Origin: an uncultured Chloroflexia bacterium
GTDB lineage: Bacteria; Chloroflexota; Limnocylindria; Limnocylindrales; CSP1-4
Direction: 5' to 3'
Assembly (NCBI GenBank): GCA_963712745.1
Contig: CAVQJC010000006.1
Span: 1 to 64,000 of the forward strand
DNA: 64,000 bases
Below are positions 1 through 10,964 of the stretch, in pieces (the stretch's first letter is position 1; each line of letters begins with the position of its first letter). The translations under genes and the position numbers were made by a program. A model generated the notes under the pieces. It was not told the origin of the DNA. It did no database searches and saw nothing but the letters and a program-made list of their open reading frames with translations.

Positions 1-121
1 TCGGGGGCCAGGCTCGACACGTCGCCGGCATCGACGTCGTCCTGGGACGGAAGCGCCCACTACGTTGTTCCCCACAGCCGACGTTGAGCCGTACGCGGGG
101 CCACTCGAAAGCGCGAGTCGG

Positions 122-709
122 TCACGGGCGACCACCACCGGCCTTCCGGCGTGCGCGGCCGGCCTTCCGGCGTGCGCGGTAGGCAGCCACGCCCTCTCGG
201 GTCGTGCAGGTCTCGGAGCAGTGCCGGCGTGAGCGGTTCTTGGAGGTGTCGATGTAGACGTCGTCGCAACTGGACGAGGAGCAGGTGCCGAAGCGCTCCC
301 AGCCACCGTCGATGAGCGCCACGCCCAGGCCCATGGCGGTCACTGCCCCGAGGTCCATGACCGGGTCCCCGCTCCCGGGCTCGAAGTGGAGGTGAGGCGC
401 ATCCCCGTGCACCGAGATGCGGGGCCTGGCCGCGACCGACAGCAGGATCTCGTTGATGGCCGCGGCCGCACCCTGCGTATCGTCGGCATCCCATACAGCG
501 CGCAATCGCGAACGCAGCGCCCGCACGGCACGCAGGTCCTTGCGGGTCAAGCCATGGGCCAGGTGCGCCCAGTCACCCAGCTCGGTGCGGATGAAATCGG
601 CCACATCGTCGGGCGTCTGCAGCGCATCGCTACCGGTGACGACATTCAGCGTGTTCGTGAGCTTGACGGCCAGCTCGACCGGCTCGTCACTGTAATGAGA
701 GAAATCCAC
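122..709 (-). CDS. CGNR zinc finger / ABATE domain protein (putative regulator)
   Basis: C-terminal 'FGTCSSSSCDDVYIDTSKNRSRRHCSETCTTREGVAAYRAR' matches the CGNR finger; N-terminal 'LAVKLTNT' is ABATE-like; likely GTG start at 709. Confidence 0.88.
   Translation of the reverse strand: MDFSHYSDEPVELAVKLTNTLNVVTGSDALQTPDDVADFIRTELGDWAHLAHGLTRKDLRAVRALRSRLRAVWDADDTQGAAAAINEILLSVAARPRISVHGDAPHLHFEPGSGDPVMDLGAVTAMGLGVALIDGGWERFGTCSSSSCDDVYIDTSKNRSRRHCSETCTTREGVAAYRARRKAGRARRKAGGGRP
139..179. repeat. 21-bp-period tandem duplication (RARRKAG x2) at the end of the CGNR gene
   Basis: cggccttccggcgtgcgcgg occurs twice in tandem. Confidence 0.8.
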
Positions 710-739
710 TTGACTCGTTACCTTGGCGCGGCCTATCCT
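710..739 (+). promoter_or_regulatory. sigma70-like promoter for the EamA gene, in the divergent intergenic region
   Basis: TTGACT-N18-TATCCT; AT-rich gtaacc/ttac motifs just downstream could be the regulator site. Confidence 0.5.
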
Positions 740-795
740 GTAACCAGTTAACCTTACTTCACCACTTACCGTCAACCGTTCGCAGGACGTTCGCC

Positions 796-1740
796 ATGGG
801 CCGAGCCACCGACCGCAGCAGGATCATCCTTGCCCTGGCGGCCGTCTACTTCATCTGGGGATCGACCTACCTCGCGATCCGCTTCGGCATCGAGTCCTTT
901 CCCCCATTGCTCCTCAACGGGGTCCGCTTCACCATCGCGGGCCTCATCCTCTACTCCGTCTTGCGGTGGCGAGGGATGGCCGGACCGACCCGGGTTCAGT
1001 GGTGGAACGCGGCGCGGGTGGCGGCGCTGCTGCTGGTCGGCGGTGTGGGGCTGGTGTCGATCGCCCAGGAGGTCGGGGTCGGCTCCGCGCTCGTGGCTGC
1101 CGCGGTGGCGATCATCCCGGTGTGGGCGGCGCTCACCTCAGGCCTGTTCGGCTCGTGGCCGCGGCGCTTGGAGTGGCTCGGTCTCGCGGTCGGCTTCGTC
1201 GGCGTCGTGGTGCTGGTACAGGAAGGCGACCTCCAGGCCAGTCCCGTGGGCATGATCCTGGTGATCGTGGCGCCGATCCTGTGGTCATTCGGCTCGGTGT
1301 GGGGAACACGCCTCGACATGCCCCGCCCGGCCATGGCCACCGCGGCCGAGCTGCTGAGCGGCGGGGTCATCCTGCTGGTCCTCGGCCTGGTCCGCGGAGA
1401 ACGGGTAGAAGCCGTGCCCTCAGTCGGATCGGTGGCGGCACTGGTCTACCTCATCGTCTTCGGCTCGATCATCGCCTACAGCTCGTACATCTTCCTGCTC
1501 GGAAACACCCGCCCGGCGATGGCCACCAGCTACGCCTACGTCAACCCGGCGGTGGCGGTGCTGCTGGGCGTGACCCTCGGGGGCGAGATCCTCAGCGGAC
1601 CCGTCTTCCTCGCGCTGCCGCTGATCCTCGCCGGGGTGGCCATCGTCACGCTTGCCCAGCGCCGCCCGCCAGTGATCGCGCCGGAGCCGGTGGCGGTGGG
1701 CGAGCTGCTCGAAGAGGACGCGAAGCTTCGGGCCACCTGA
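796..1740 (+). CDS. EamA/DMT family transporter (YedA-like)
   Basis: '[13 protein letters not shown]' and '[13 protein letters not shown]'; about 10 hydrophobic segments in two repeats. Confidence 0.92.
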   Translation: MGRATDRSRIILALAAVYFIWGSTYLAIRFGIESFPPLLLNGVRFTIAGLILYSVLRWRGMAGPTRVQWWNAARVAALLLVGGVGLVSIAQEVGVGSALVAAAVAIIPVWAALTSGLFGSWPRRLEWLGLAVGFVGVVVLVQEGDLQASPVGMILVIVAPILWSFGSVWGTRLDMPRPAMATAAELLSGGVILLVLGLVRGERVEAVPSVGSVAALVYLIVFGSIIAYSSYIFLLGNTRPAMATSYAYVNPAVAVLLGVTLGGEILSGPVFLALPLILAGVAIVTLAQRRPPVIAPEPVAVGELLEEDAKLRAT

Positions 1741-1801
1741 CAGCCGGTTCGGCAGACCCGGGCGAACTGGCGGACCCGGCAGCTGCGCTGGCCGCCACAC
1801 C

Positions 1802-2521
1802 GAGGCGCCCGAGGTCATTCTCCCTTACCACGAGCCGATGGTGCCCGAGGCGGGGTTCCTCAACCTCAAGGGCAACCTGTTCGACTCGGCCATCATGAAG
1901 ACCAGCGTCATCTCCGAGTCCTTCCGTCGGCGCTACCTGTCTGACCCCGACGATCCCGAGGCCTTCGAGGGTCCGGTCGTCGTCTTCGACGGTCGCGATG
2001 ACTACCACGCCCGCATCAACGACCCGTCGCTCCGGATCGACGAGCACACGCTCCTGGTCATGCGCGGCGCGGGCCCGATCGGCTACCCGGGAGCAGCGGA
2101 GGTGGTGAACATGCAACCGCCGGACGCGCTCCTCGTGGCCGGCGTGGACGAGCTCCCCTGCATCGGCGACGGACGCCAGTCGGGGACCTCCGGATCGCCC
2201 TCGATCCTCAACGCCTCGCCCGAGGCCGCGGTGGGTGGTGGGCTCATGCTCCTGCGCAGCGGAGACCGAGTCCGCATCGACCTGCGCAAGCGCACGGCCA
2301 ACGTGCTCCTGCCGGCCACCGAGCTGGCGGCACGTCGGGCGGAGCTTGAGGACAGGCTTGCCAGCGGCGAGTCGGGCGGGGTGCCGGCCAGCCAGACGCC
2401 CTGGCAGGAGATCCAGCGTGGCATCGTGGGCCAGCTCGCGGGGGGCATGGTCCTGGAGCCGGCCGTGCGCTTCCGGGACATCACGCACGGTCCGGGCTCG
2501 GTCCCGCGTGACAACCACTAG
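1802..2521 (+). pseudogene. 5'-truncated IlvD/Edd-family (sugar-acid) dehydratase, C-terminal part only
   Basis: '[15 protein letters not shown]', '[11 protein letters not shown]', '[22 protein letters not shown]' and terminal 'RDNH'; the N-terminal Fe-S domain cannot fit because EamA ends at 1740. Confidence 0.85.
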
Positions 2522-2546
2522 CCAGCTGGGAGGGGTTCCGAACGCC

Positions 2547-2880
2547 ATGACCAAGCTCGACGGGATCCACGCCCCGATCTGCACGCCATTCACCGCCGAC
2601 GAGACCGTGGACCTTGGCGCGCTGCGGGCCAATCTCGAGCGCTACGCGGCAGCCGGGATCCACGGCTACCTGGCCCTCGGCAGCAACGGCGAGAACCGCA
2701 GCCTCGACGAAGACGAGCGCCTCACCGTGGTCGACACGGTGGTGCGGAATCGCGGTTCCGGCCAGGTGGTGCTGGCGGGCGCCAGGTACGACGCTCAACG
2801 GCAGACCGAGCGCTACCTCAGGGCAGCCGCGGACCTGGGCGCCGACTACGGGCTGGTGCTGTCGACCGGCTACTACCGCA
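2547..2880 (+). pseudogene. N-terminal fragment of a DHDPS/HOGA-family aldolase
   Basis: 'GIHAPICTPF...GSNGE...GYYR'; homology stops before the catalytic Lys. Confidence 0.8.
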
Positions 2881-3391
2881 CAGGTGGCTCACGTTCTTCG
2901 TGCTCAACACCGGCGGCGTGGCGTACGACTGGTTCCGCGAGCAGCTGTCCGCGGAGATGACGTCCGATCACCTCTACGGTGAGTATGTGCCCGCCGTCCT
3001 CGACCGCCTCCTGACCGACCCCGAGATCGAGGCCCGCGAGGCCGCCCTACCCGACTACGTGCCCTACCTCGGCGGCAGCCGCTACTCGCTCGAGCCGCGA
3101 ACCGCGTCCTTCACGGGCGTGACGCTGCAGACCTCACGCGATGACCTGCTACTGGCCATGATCCGCGGCAACCTGCGCAACCTGGGCGCGCACCTCGAGC
3201 GGGTCAGCGAGCTGGTCCCGGTGAACCGAGCGGTGGGGATCTCCGCTGGTGCCGCGCGCATCCGGGGGATGCTGGCGGCGCGCCAGCGCTGGACAGGTGA
3301 CTTCGGATATCGCTTCGGGGACCAGTCCTCGCTGCTCGGCGCCGCCATGCTCGGGCGGATCTACCTGCGCGGCGGCGTCGTGCGGGGCTGA
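2881..3391 (+). pseudogene. C-terminal fragment of an FGGY carbohydrate kinase
   Basis: 'RWLTFFVLNTGGVAYDWF', 'YVPYLGGSR', 'ASFTGVTLQTSRDDLL', 'SSLLGAAMLG'. Confidence 0.75.
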
Positions 3392-3437
3392 GGGTGACCG
3401 ACCGATGGCGGCTACGCCGTGCCGGCCATCACCGTCG

Positions 3438-4989
3438 TCAGCCAGCTGAACCCCAGCCACCGCCACCGGGGGTGAGCACGACCAGCTGGTCGCCCGGTTC
3501 GACCTCGAGCGTGACCTTGCCGGGCAGTCGCTCGGGCGCGCGGCCGGGGCGGACGAGCCAGTCCTCGCCGGTGGCCCCAGCCTCACCGCCGGCGAGCCCC
3601 CACGGTGCGTGTCTGCGCCGCTCACCCATCAAGGTGAGCGTGGCCGGAGCCTCGAAGCGAAGCTCGCGCCGGATGCCGTCACCGCCGCGATGGGCACCGG
3701 CGCCGCCGCTGCCACGTCTGAGCGTGTAACCGGTGACCCGCAAGGGGTAGTGCGCGCGCAGCGCCTCGATGGGCGTGTTCTGCGTGTTGGTCATGCCGGT
3801 CTGGATGCCCGACTGGCCGTCACGGTCGGGACGGGCACCCTGGCCGCCGGCGACCGTCTCGTAGTAGGCGAAGTCGTCGTTGCCCACGAGCACGTTGTTC
3901 ATGGTGCCCTGTGAGGCGGCCGGTACCCGCTGCGGCGCTGCCTGTGCCAGCGCTCCGAGCAGGACGTCGGCGATGCGCTGGCTTGTCTCGACATTCCCGG
4001 CGGCGACCGCGGCCGGCGGATGAGGGTTGACGATCGAACCGGCCGGCGCGTGCAGGCTGAGTGGCCGGTAGCAGCCACCGTTGGCCGGGATGGTGGGGTC
4101 GGTCGCTACCCGCACCGCGTAGTAGAGACACGAACGGGTCACGGCCTCCACGGCGTTGAAGTTGGCCTCCACCTGTGGGTCGGTGCCGCTGAAATCGGCC
4201 CTCAGCGACCCACCGTCGATGCGCACCGTGACCTCGATGCGAACATCGCGCTGGCCCAGCTCCATGACGTCGTCGAATGCGTACTCACCGTCGGGCAGCG
4301 CGGCAAGGGCGGCCTCCATGCGTCGTTGTCCATAGCCCAGCAGGGCCTCGGTGACGGCCCTGAAGTGGTCGAAGCCTTCGCGCGTGACGAGCTCGGTCAG
4401 GCGGCGCACGGCGACGGCGTTGGAGCCCAGCTGTGCATCGAGGTCACCGCGGCGCTCCCAGGGTGTCCGTGACGCGGCCACGAACGGTCCCACGAAGTCG
4501 TCGAGCCACTCACCCGCGCTGACCGCCAGTGTGGGGGCCACGCGGTAGCCCTCCTGCTCGACGCTCGTGGCGTGGGCCGGCATCGAGCCGGGCGCCTCGC
4601 CGCCCACGTCCGCATGGTGGGCGCGGTTGGCCACCCAGGCTACGTGCGCGCCGGAGACGAAGACCGGGGCCACGATGGTGAGGTCGTTGAGGTGGGTGCC
4701 GCCATGGTAACGGATCGTTGACCGCGTACTGCACCCCCGGCAACGGGTCGAAGCGCTCGAGGCAGGCCGCCACGGACGCGGGCATCGAGCCGAGATGCAC
4801 GGGGATGTGCTCGGCCTGTGCCAGCATCTCCCCCTCGGCGGTGAAGACGGCCGCCGAGCAGTCGGCCCGTTCCTTGATGTTGGGCGAGAGGGAGGTCCGC
4901 CGCAGCACGCTGCCCATCTCGTCGGCGATGGCGCTGAAGCGGTTGCGCGCGACCTCCAGCGTGATGGGGTCGATGGTCCGGCGGCTCAC
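3438..4989 (-). CDS. hydantoinase B / 5-oxoprolinase family protein (one +1 frameshift at ~4710)
   Basis: 'SPNIKERADCS', 'HIPVHLGSM', 'NRAHHADVGG', 'TPGGGGWG'; removing one base restores 'NDPYHGGTHLND'. Confidence 0.9.
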
Positions 4990-6861
4990 GACACGATCTC
5001 GAGGGTCCCGTCATCGAGCACCGACAGACGGTCGTCTTCCTCGAGGAGCACGGCCGAGTCGGCTTCGACCACGATGGCAGGCCCGTGGAGCGCGAATCCG
5101 ACTGGCAGCGTCTGGCGCTGCCAGACCCCCTCGCGACCCTGCGCCGAGCGCTCGCCACCGACGGCTGGGAGGTCGGCCCAGGTCATGGGCGCCTCGCCGG
5201 CGGCGACCGAGCGCAGGTTGACCAGCTCGATGGGCTCGTCCGCGCGGCTGAAACCGAAGCGCTGCCGATGCGTCTCCTCGAAGGCGGTCCGCAACTCGGT
5301 CCAGCCGGCTTCGAGCGGGACCTCCAGCTCATGCGACTGCCCCACGTAGCGGACGTCGGCGCCGGTGCGCACGGTGAGCGGTGCGTGCCCGAACGTATCC
5401 CGGTAGCGGCCGGTCACCTCGGTCTGGAGCCGGCTACGCAGGGCGCCGAGATCGACCCGTCCCTTCGGCCGCCATGACCGTGCGGGCAAGGTCGGCCCGA
5501 GGCGCCGCCAGCAGCAGGCCCAGGGCCGAGAACACGCCCGAGAGCGGCGGCACCAGCACGGTCTTCATGCCCAGCCGGCGGGCCAGGCGGGTGGCGTGCA
5601 GGCCGCCCGCACCACCGAAGGCCACCAGGGCGGCCTCACGGGGATCGGCCCCCTCCTCTACCGAGACCGAGCGCAGCGCATGCTCCATGTGACTGTCGAC
5701 CACCTCGAGCATGCCCGCGGCCGCCGCCTCCACGCTCAGTCCCGCAGCGGCAGCGAGACGGCCGACCGCGTCGCGCGCCAGGCCCAGGTCGAGCGGGACA
5801 GTGCCGCCGAGGGCGAGATCGGCCGGGATGTGGCCGGCCACGAGGTTGGCGTCGGTGACGGTGGGCTCGGTGCCCCCCTGGCCGTAGGCCGCGGGACCGG
5901 GGTGCGCGCCGGCAGAGCGTGGGCCGACCCGTAGCGCGCCGCCGGCGTCGAGCCAGGCGATGCTTCCACCACCGGCCCCGATGGTGCGGATGGGGATGGC
6001 CGGCACGCGGTTGATGCGGCCGCCGACACGGTGGCCACCCGCGACCGCCGGAGCGCCGCCGGTGATGCGGCTGACGTCCGTGGAGGTGCCACCCATGTCG
6101 AATGAGATGACCGTCTCGTAGCCGTGGTGCCGGCCCAGCGCGGCGGCGGCCACGGCGCCGCCCGCCGGTCCCGAGAGCACGAGCCGCCCGGCCATGCCCG
6201 GCGCACGCGAGAACGGCAACAGGCCGCCGGAAGAGGTCATGACCAGCCGGCGCGACATGGGCAGACGCGCTTCGAGCGCAGCGAGGTAGCCCGCGACCGA
6301 CGGAGTCAGGTAGGCCGAGAGGACGGTGGTGGCGGAGCGCTCGTACTCGCGGAACTCGGGCGAGACGACCGACGAGCGCAAGACCGGCACCGAGAGTGCC
6401 GCGGCGCACCGGCGCTCGAGCTCCGCCTCCGCGCGCGGGTCGGCGTACGACTCGAGGAGTGAGATGGCGACCACCTCCGGCTCCGCTGCCGAGAGGGCAG
6501 CCAGCAGCGCATCATGGTCGTCGTCGAAGCCGAACCGCTGCTCGCGCTCGACCAGCGGTCGAGGCCGGTCCGCGAGGCTGTCGTAGAGCGAGGGGCGATC
6601 CTGCCGCGCGATCTCGATGACGTCCTCGAAGCCCGCGTCCGTGACGAGCGCGACCAGGGCACCACGCTCCTCGAGGAGGGCGTTCGTGGCGGCCGTCGTA
6701 CCGTGCAGGAATGCGTCCTCGGCGTCGCCGGCCACGGCCTCCGCGACGCCGTCGGCCTGATCCAGGCTGGTGGGCACCTTGCGTCCGTGGAGGGTGCCCT
6801 CGTCGAGGACGACGACGTCGGTGAACGTCCCGCCAACGTCGACGCCGATCAGCCGAGCCAC
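4986..6861 (-). CDS. hydantoinase A / oxoprolinase ATP-binding subunit (one +1 frameshift at ~5457)
   Basis: 'GVDVGGTFTD', 'HGTTAATNALLE', 'SGPAGG', 'DMGGTSTD', 'FGGAGGLH', 'GPAIVVEADS'. Confidence 0.9.
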
Positions 6862-6916
6862 GAGCCCATGCTAGCCGCTCGCCGAGCACCGGTCCGGTCA
6901 GCGTTCATAGGTCCGG

Positions 6917-7747
6917 TCAGCGGCTTGCGTTCGACCCGGTAGGCGGCTCGAGGATGGCGAAGGCGCCGTAGCCCACGACGCGTCCGGGATCGCCGGACGT
7001 GTCGGCCGAATTACGCAGGTCTAGCCGCTCGATACGCAGTCGTCCAAGGCGGGCCCAGGCCATGGCCGCGCGAAGCGCGTCGACGCCGCAGGCATCAGCT
7101 GTGTCGAGCGCCTCGATGGCCAACTCCTCGATCGCGCCCGCGGTGCGACTGTCGAGACGCCGGGCGGTCTGGGCCTCGCGGTAGTGGGACAGGTCGGTGC
7201 TGACGACGAGCAGGGCATCGGGCGGGAGCGCCTCCTGGAGCATCTTCGCGCCGACCCGGGGCGACCCCCGACCCACCGCCACCGGCAGGATGGGGACTCC
7301 CGGCAGGCAGCGCTGCAGGAAGGGCAGCTGGACCTCGATGCTGTGCTCGGCACGGTGCGGGAGATCGTGGCTGGCTGCACCACGGCTCACGAGCGCGCGG
7401 CGAACTTCAGCGTGGAGCGGCATCTCGCCCAGCGGCGTGCTCCAGGCCTCGTGGGGTGCCACCGCCAGCCCTTCCAGCGGCTCGTAGTGGCTGGGGCCAA
7501 GGATGACCACGACCGGGGGCGGCTGCGCGATGCGGGCCAGCAGCGCATAGGCGGTCGCGGCCACGGGGCCGCTGAAGTCGTAGCCGGCGTGCGGCACGAC
7601 CACGCCGTGGAGAGCGCCCGCTGCGACCGGGGGTCGATACCTGGACGAGGCTGCCTCACTGAGGAGCCCGTCGACGGCATGGGCCAGCGCATCGGCCGAG
7701 CGCGGGTAGAACGTGCCCGCCACCACCGGCCGACGAACGTCGCTCAC
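6917..7747 (-). CDS. amrB: AmmeMemoRadiSam system protein B (MEMO1 family)
   Basis: 'RRPVVAGTFYP', 'PHAGYDFSG', 'EHSIEVQLPFL', 'STDLSHY', 'VVGY'; GTG start overlaps the amrS stop. Confidence 0.92.
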   Translation of the reverse strand: MSDVRRPVVAGTFYPRSADALAHAVDGLLSEAASSRYRPPVAAGALHGVVVPHAGYDFSGPVAATAYALLARIAQPPPVVVILGPSHYEPLEGLAVAPHEAWSTPLGEMPLHAEVRRALVSRGAASHDLPHRAEHSIEVQLPFLQRCLPGVPILPVAVGRGSPRVGAKMLQEALPPDALLVVSTDLSHYREAQTARRLDSRTAGAIEELAIEALDTADACGVDALRAAMAWARLGRLRIERLDLRNSADTSGDPGRVVGYGAFAILEPPTGSNASR

Positions 7748-8856
7748 GGCACGCGCCCAGCGGATATGGCGATCGGCTGGCGCCGTGAGCCCCAGCGGCC
7801 TGGCTCGGCCTCGAAGACCCCGGCGCACAGGGCACCGCAGTGGGCACATGCGCTGTCGGGGGTCAGCTGCCACTCGCCGATGCGATAGCCGCTGCGGCCG
7901 ATGAGCAGCCGCCCACAGGCGTGACACGAGGTGCTCTGACCGGCTGGGTCGTCGATATTGCCTGTATAGACATAGCGGAGGCCGTTGGCCAGGCCGATGG
8001 CCCGAGCCCGCCGCAGCGTGCCGGCGGGGGTCGGTGGGCGATCCCACAGGCGATGGTCGGGGTGGAAGGCGGTGAAGTGCAGCGGGACCGACGGCCCCAG
8101 GTGGTCAGCGATCCAGCTCGTCAAGGCGTCGATCTCCTGCTCGGAGTCGTTGAGCCCGGGGATGAGCAGCGTGGTGATCTCCAGCCACGTGCGACCGCCG
8201 TGGGCGACGGCCTCGAGCGTGTCGAGGACCGGCGCGAGCCGGCCCAGGCAGACCCGCCGGTAGGTCTCGTCAGCGAACGACTTGAGGTCCACGTTGGCCG
8301 CGTCCATGGCCCCGAAGAGCTCGGCGGCCGGACCCGCTTCCATGTACCCGGCCGTGACCGCCACCGTCTGCAGTGCGGCCTGGTGGCAGGCCGCCGCCAC
8401 GTCGACGGCGTACTCCAGGAAGACGGCCGGGTCGTTGTAGGTGAAGGCCACGCTGCGACAGCCGTGCGCCTTAGCGCTGGCGGCGATCTCGGCTGGCGAG
8501 GCCGGGTCGGAGAGCGTGTCCCACCGGCGCGAGGTCGAGACCTCCCAGTTCTGGCAGAAGGCACAGCCAAGGTTGCAGCCGGCCGTGCCGAAGCTCAGCG
8601 TCGGCGTGCCGGGCAGGAAGTGGTCGAGTGGCTTCTTCTCGATGGGGTCGATGCAGAACCCACTCGAGCGACCGTAGGTCGTGAGCACGATCGCGTCGTC
8701 GTGGCGGGCGCGGACGAAGCAGAAGCCACGTTGCCCTTCACGCAAGCGGCAGCGCCGGGGGCAGACGTCGCACTGGACCCTCCCATCCGGCAAGCGGTGC
8801 CACCACCGCGTCGGATGGGCCTGGCCGCCCGAGACCACTGCCAGCGATGTCGCCAT
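7744..8856 (-). CDS. amrS: AmmeMemoRadiSam system radical SAM enzyme
   Basis: 'CDVCPRRC', 'DPIEKKPL', CxxxCxxC 'CNLGCAFCQN', 'FTYNDP'. Confidence 0.95.
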   Translation of the reverse strand: MATSLAVVSGGQAHPTRWWHRLPDGRVQCDVCPRRCRLREGQRGFCFVRARHDDAIVLTTYGRSSGFCIDPIEKKPLDHFLPGTPTLSFGTAGCNLGCAFCQNWEVSTSRRWDTLSDPASPAEIAASAKAHGCRSVAFTYNDPAVFLEYAVDVAAACHQAALQTVAVTAGYMEAGPAAELFGAMDAANVDLKSFADETYRRVCLGRLAPVLDTLEAVAHGGRTWLEITTLLIPGLNDSEQEIDALTSWIADHLGPSVPLHFTAFHPDHRLWDRPPTPAGTLRRARAIGLANGLRYVYTGNIDDPAGQSTSCHACGRLLIGRSGYRIGEWQLTPDSACAHCGALCAGVFEAEPGRWGSRRQPIAISAGRVP

Positions 8857-9109
8857 CCGTGGCACATGCTGGGCCTCGGCAGCCACGGTGTCCAGGGTGG
8901 AACGTCGCGAAACGACAGCGGACTGGGCTCATCGAGTCCCTTGCGGCGGCGGGCTGGCGGCGGCGCTGGCGCCATGGTCCGTCGAGACCCGGCACCGCAC
9001 GTGCTCGGGCCTGCGCTCCGCACCAACGCCGGTAGAGGTGCGGCCCCAGGTCGATCGCAGTCCGACCCCCTCCCCTTGAGCGCCGATCCTGCGCGAACGT
9101 GCGCCTCCC

Positions 9110-9862
9110 TCAGCGAGGTCGCGGTCGGGCGGTGATGAGCTCTTCGACTTCCTGGATGCTCGTCTGGGAACGGTCCACGTCACCGACCTTCAGGCCGTGA
9201 CGCAGGACCACGACTCGATCCACCACCATGAAGACATGGTGGATGTTGTGACTGATGAGGATGCTTGAATGGCCTGCCTCCTTGGCTTCGCGGATGAAGC
9301 GCATGACGCCGTCGGCCTCTTCCACGCCAAGGTTGTTGGTGGGCTCGTCCATGATGATGAGGTCGGCCTCGAAGAACATGGCGCGGGCGATGGCGATGGC
9401 CTGCCGCTCACCGCCGGAGAGCCGACCGATGGGCGTATCGGGGTCCAGCGCCTTCATGATGCCGACGCGGTTCATGAGCTCGCGGGTCTGCTCCCTGACG
9501 TACGCGCGGTCGATATCCCGGAGCGGACCGATGGACCGGGTGGGCTCTCGGCCCAGGAAGAGATTACGGCCGATCGACATCTGCTCCACGAGAGCAGAGT
9601 CCTGGTAGATGGTCTCGATCCCCGCGTTGATGGCGTCACGCGTGTTCTTGAAGCGCACCGGAGAGCCCTTGAAGCGGATCTCGCCGGCACTCGGGCCGAA
9701 GGCACCGGAGAGGATCTTGATGAGGGTCGACTTGCCGGCGCCATTGTCTCCGCACAGGCCTACCACCTCGGCCTCGCCGACGCTGAAGTCGACACCGGCC
9801 AGGGCCGTCACGGGCCCGAAGTGCATCTCGATGCCGGTCATCTCGACGAGCGGTGAAGCCAT
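9110..9862 (-). CDS. sugar ABC transporter ATP-binding protein
   Basis: Walker A 'GDNGAGKS', signature 'LSGGE', Walker B 'IIMDEP'. Confidence 0.95.
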   Translation of the reverse strand: MASPLVEMTGIEMHFGPVTALAGVDFSVGEAEVVGLCGDNGAGKSTLIKILSGAFGPSAGEIRFKGSPVRFKNTRDAINAGIETIYQDSALVEQMSIGRNLFLGREPTRSIGPLRDIDRAYVREQTRELMNRVGIMKALDPDTPIGRLSGGERQAIAIARAMFFEADLIIMDEPTNNLGVEEADGVMRFIREAKEAGHSSILISHNIHHVFMVVDRVVVLRHGLKVGDVDRSQTSIQEVEELITARPRPR

Positions 9863-9864
9863 GG

Positions 9865-10851
9865 CTAGAGGCTCCCCGGCCTGCGACGCTCAGCCAGCGC
9901 CTGCAGGATCACAGCCACAAGGATGATGAGCCCAACGAACATGCTGTAGGCGAGTCCGGGCACGCCGATGACGATGATCCCATTCCGGATGGATCGCAGC
10001 AGGATGACGCCGACCACGGTGCCGATGATCGTGCCTCGCCCGCCATAGAGCGAGGTGCCGCCGACCACGCACATGGCGATGACCTCGAGCTCGTATCCGG
10101 TCCCCGAGATGGCGTACGAGCTGCCGATGCGGGTCGCGCTGATGACCCCAGCGAACCCCGCTGCCAGAGCGCAGAGGATGAAGAGGCCGATCTTCACGTT
10201 GGCCGTGTTGACGCCTCGCGCGATGGCCGCACGCTCATTGCCACCGGTGGCGGTGATCCAGCTGCCCCGCGGAGAGCGGTCCAGCAGGAACCAGGCGGCC
10301 ACGGCGAGCAGGAAGAACCAGCCCAGACCGGCGTAGACCGTCATCCTGTCGATGTCGAACGACCCCACCAGGATCGTCCGCAGGAGCGTCTCATCCCGCA
10401 GCGTTTCCTGCGGGTAGCCCTCCGACATGTAGAGCCCGAAGCCTCGCACGAAGAGCGCCATGCCCAGCGTGACGAGGAAGGAGGTGACGCCGACCTTGGC
10501 GACCAGCACGCCGTTCGCAAGGCCGATGAGCATGGCGACACCGAGGGCGATGACCAGGGCAAGCTCCGGTGCCACCTGTGCATCGTTCACGAGGGTATAC
10601 ATCACCAGAGGCGCGAAGCCGAAGACGGCTCCCACCGAAAGGTCGAAGACCCCCGCCGTGAGCAGCAGGGTCATCGCCAGGGCGACGATGCCGAACTCGG
10701 GGATGAACGCGAACATGTTGCCGATGTTCGCGAGCGACGCGAACTTCGGCTCCACGAGCACAAGCACGATCCAGGCGCCCACCAGCAGCCCGATGGAGAT
10801 GAGCGAGGGTCGAGCCAGGACTTGCTGCCGAAGCCAGGCGGTCACGGTCAT
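9865..10851 (-). CDS. sugar ABC transporter permease (RbsC-like)
   Basis: 'FDLSVG', 'GGNERAA', 'YELEVIAMCVVGGTSLYGGRG'. Confidence 0.95.
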   Translation of the reverse strand: MTVTAWLRQQVLARPSLISIGLLVGAWIVLVLVEPKFASLANIGNMFAFIPEFGIVALAMTLLLTAGVFDLSVGAVFGFAPLVMYTLVNDAQVAPELALVIALGVAMLIGLANGVLVAKVGVTSFLVTLGMALFVRGFGLYMSEGYPQETLRDETLLRTILVGSFDIDRMTVYAGLGWFFLLAVAAWFLLDRSPRGSWITATGGNERAAIARGVNTANVKIGLFILCALAAGFAGVISATRIGSSYAISGTGYELEVIAMCVVGGTSLYGGRGTIIGTVVGVILLRSIRNGIIVIGVPGLAYSMFVGLIILVAVILQALAERRRPGSL

Positions 10852-10878
10852 GACAGTGGCCGCCCGGATGCGCGTGGA

Positions 10879-10909
10879 ACTCGACCCAAGCCCGGGGCTT
10901 GGGTCGAGT
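10879..10909. repeat. perfect 15-bp inverted repeat between the SBP and permease genes
   Basis: actcgacccaagccc-g-gggcttgggtcgagt. Confidence 0.85.
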
Positions 10910-10964
10910 GATGCCTGTCGTGCTCGATCAGCGGCGTCATAGCGCCGGCCTGATCAGCTTGGGC

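Noticed and set aside
1-120. 3' end of a gene entering from the left edge
   Set aside because: Too short to assign a frame or product.
2235-2960. Novel aldolase-kinase fusion protein
   Set aside because: The two parts are in different frames and both lack catalytic halves.
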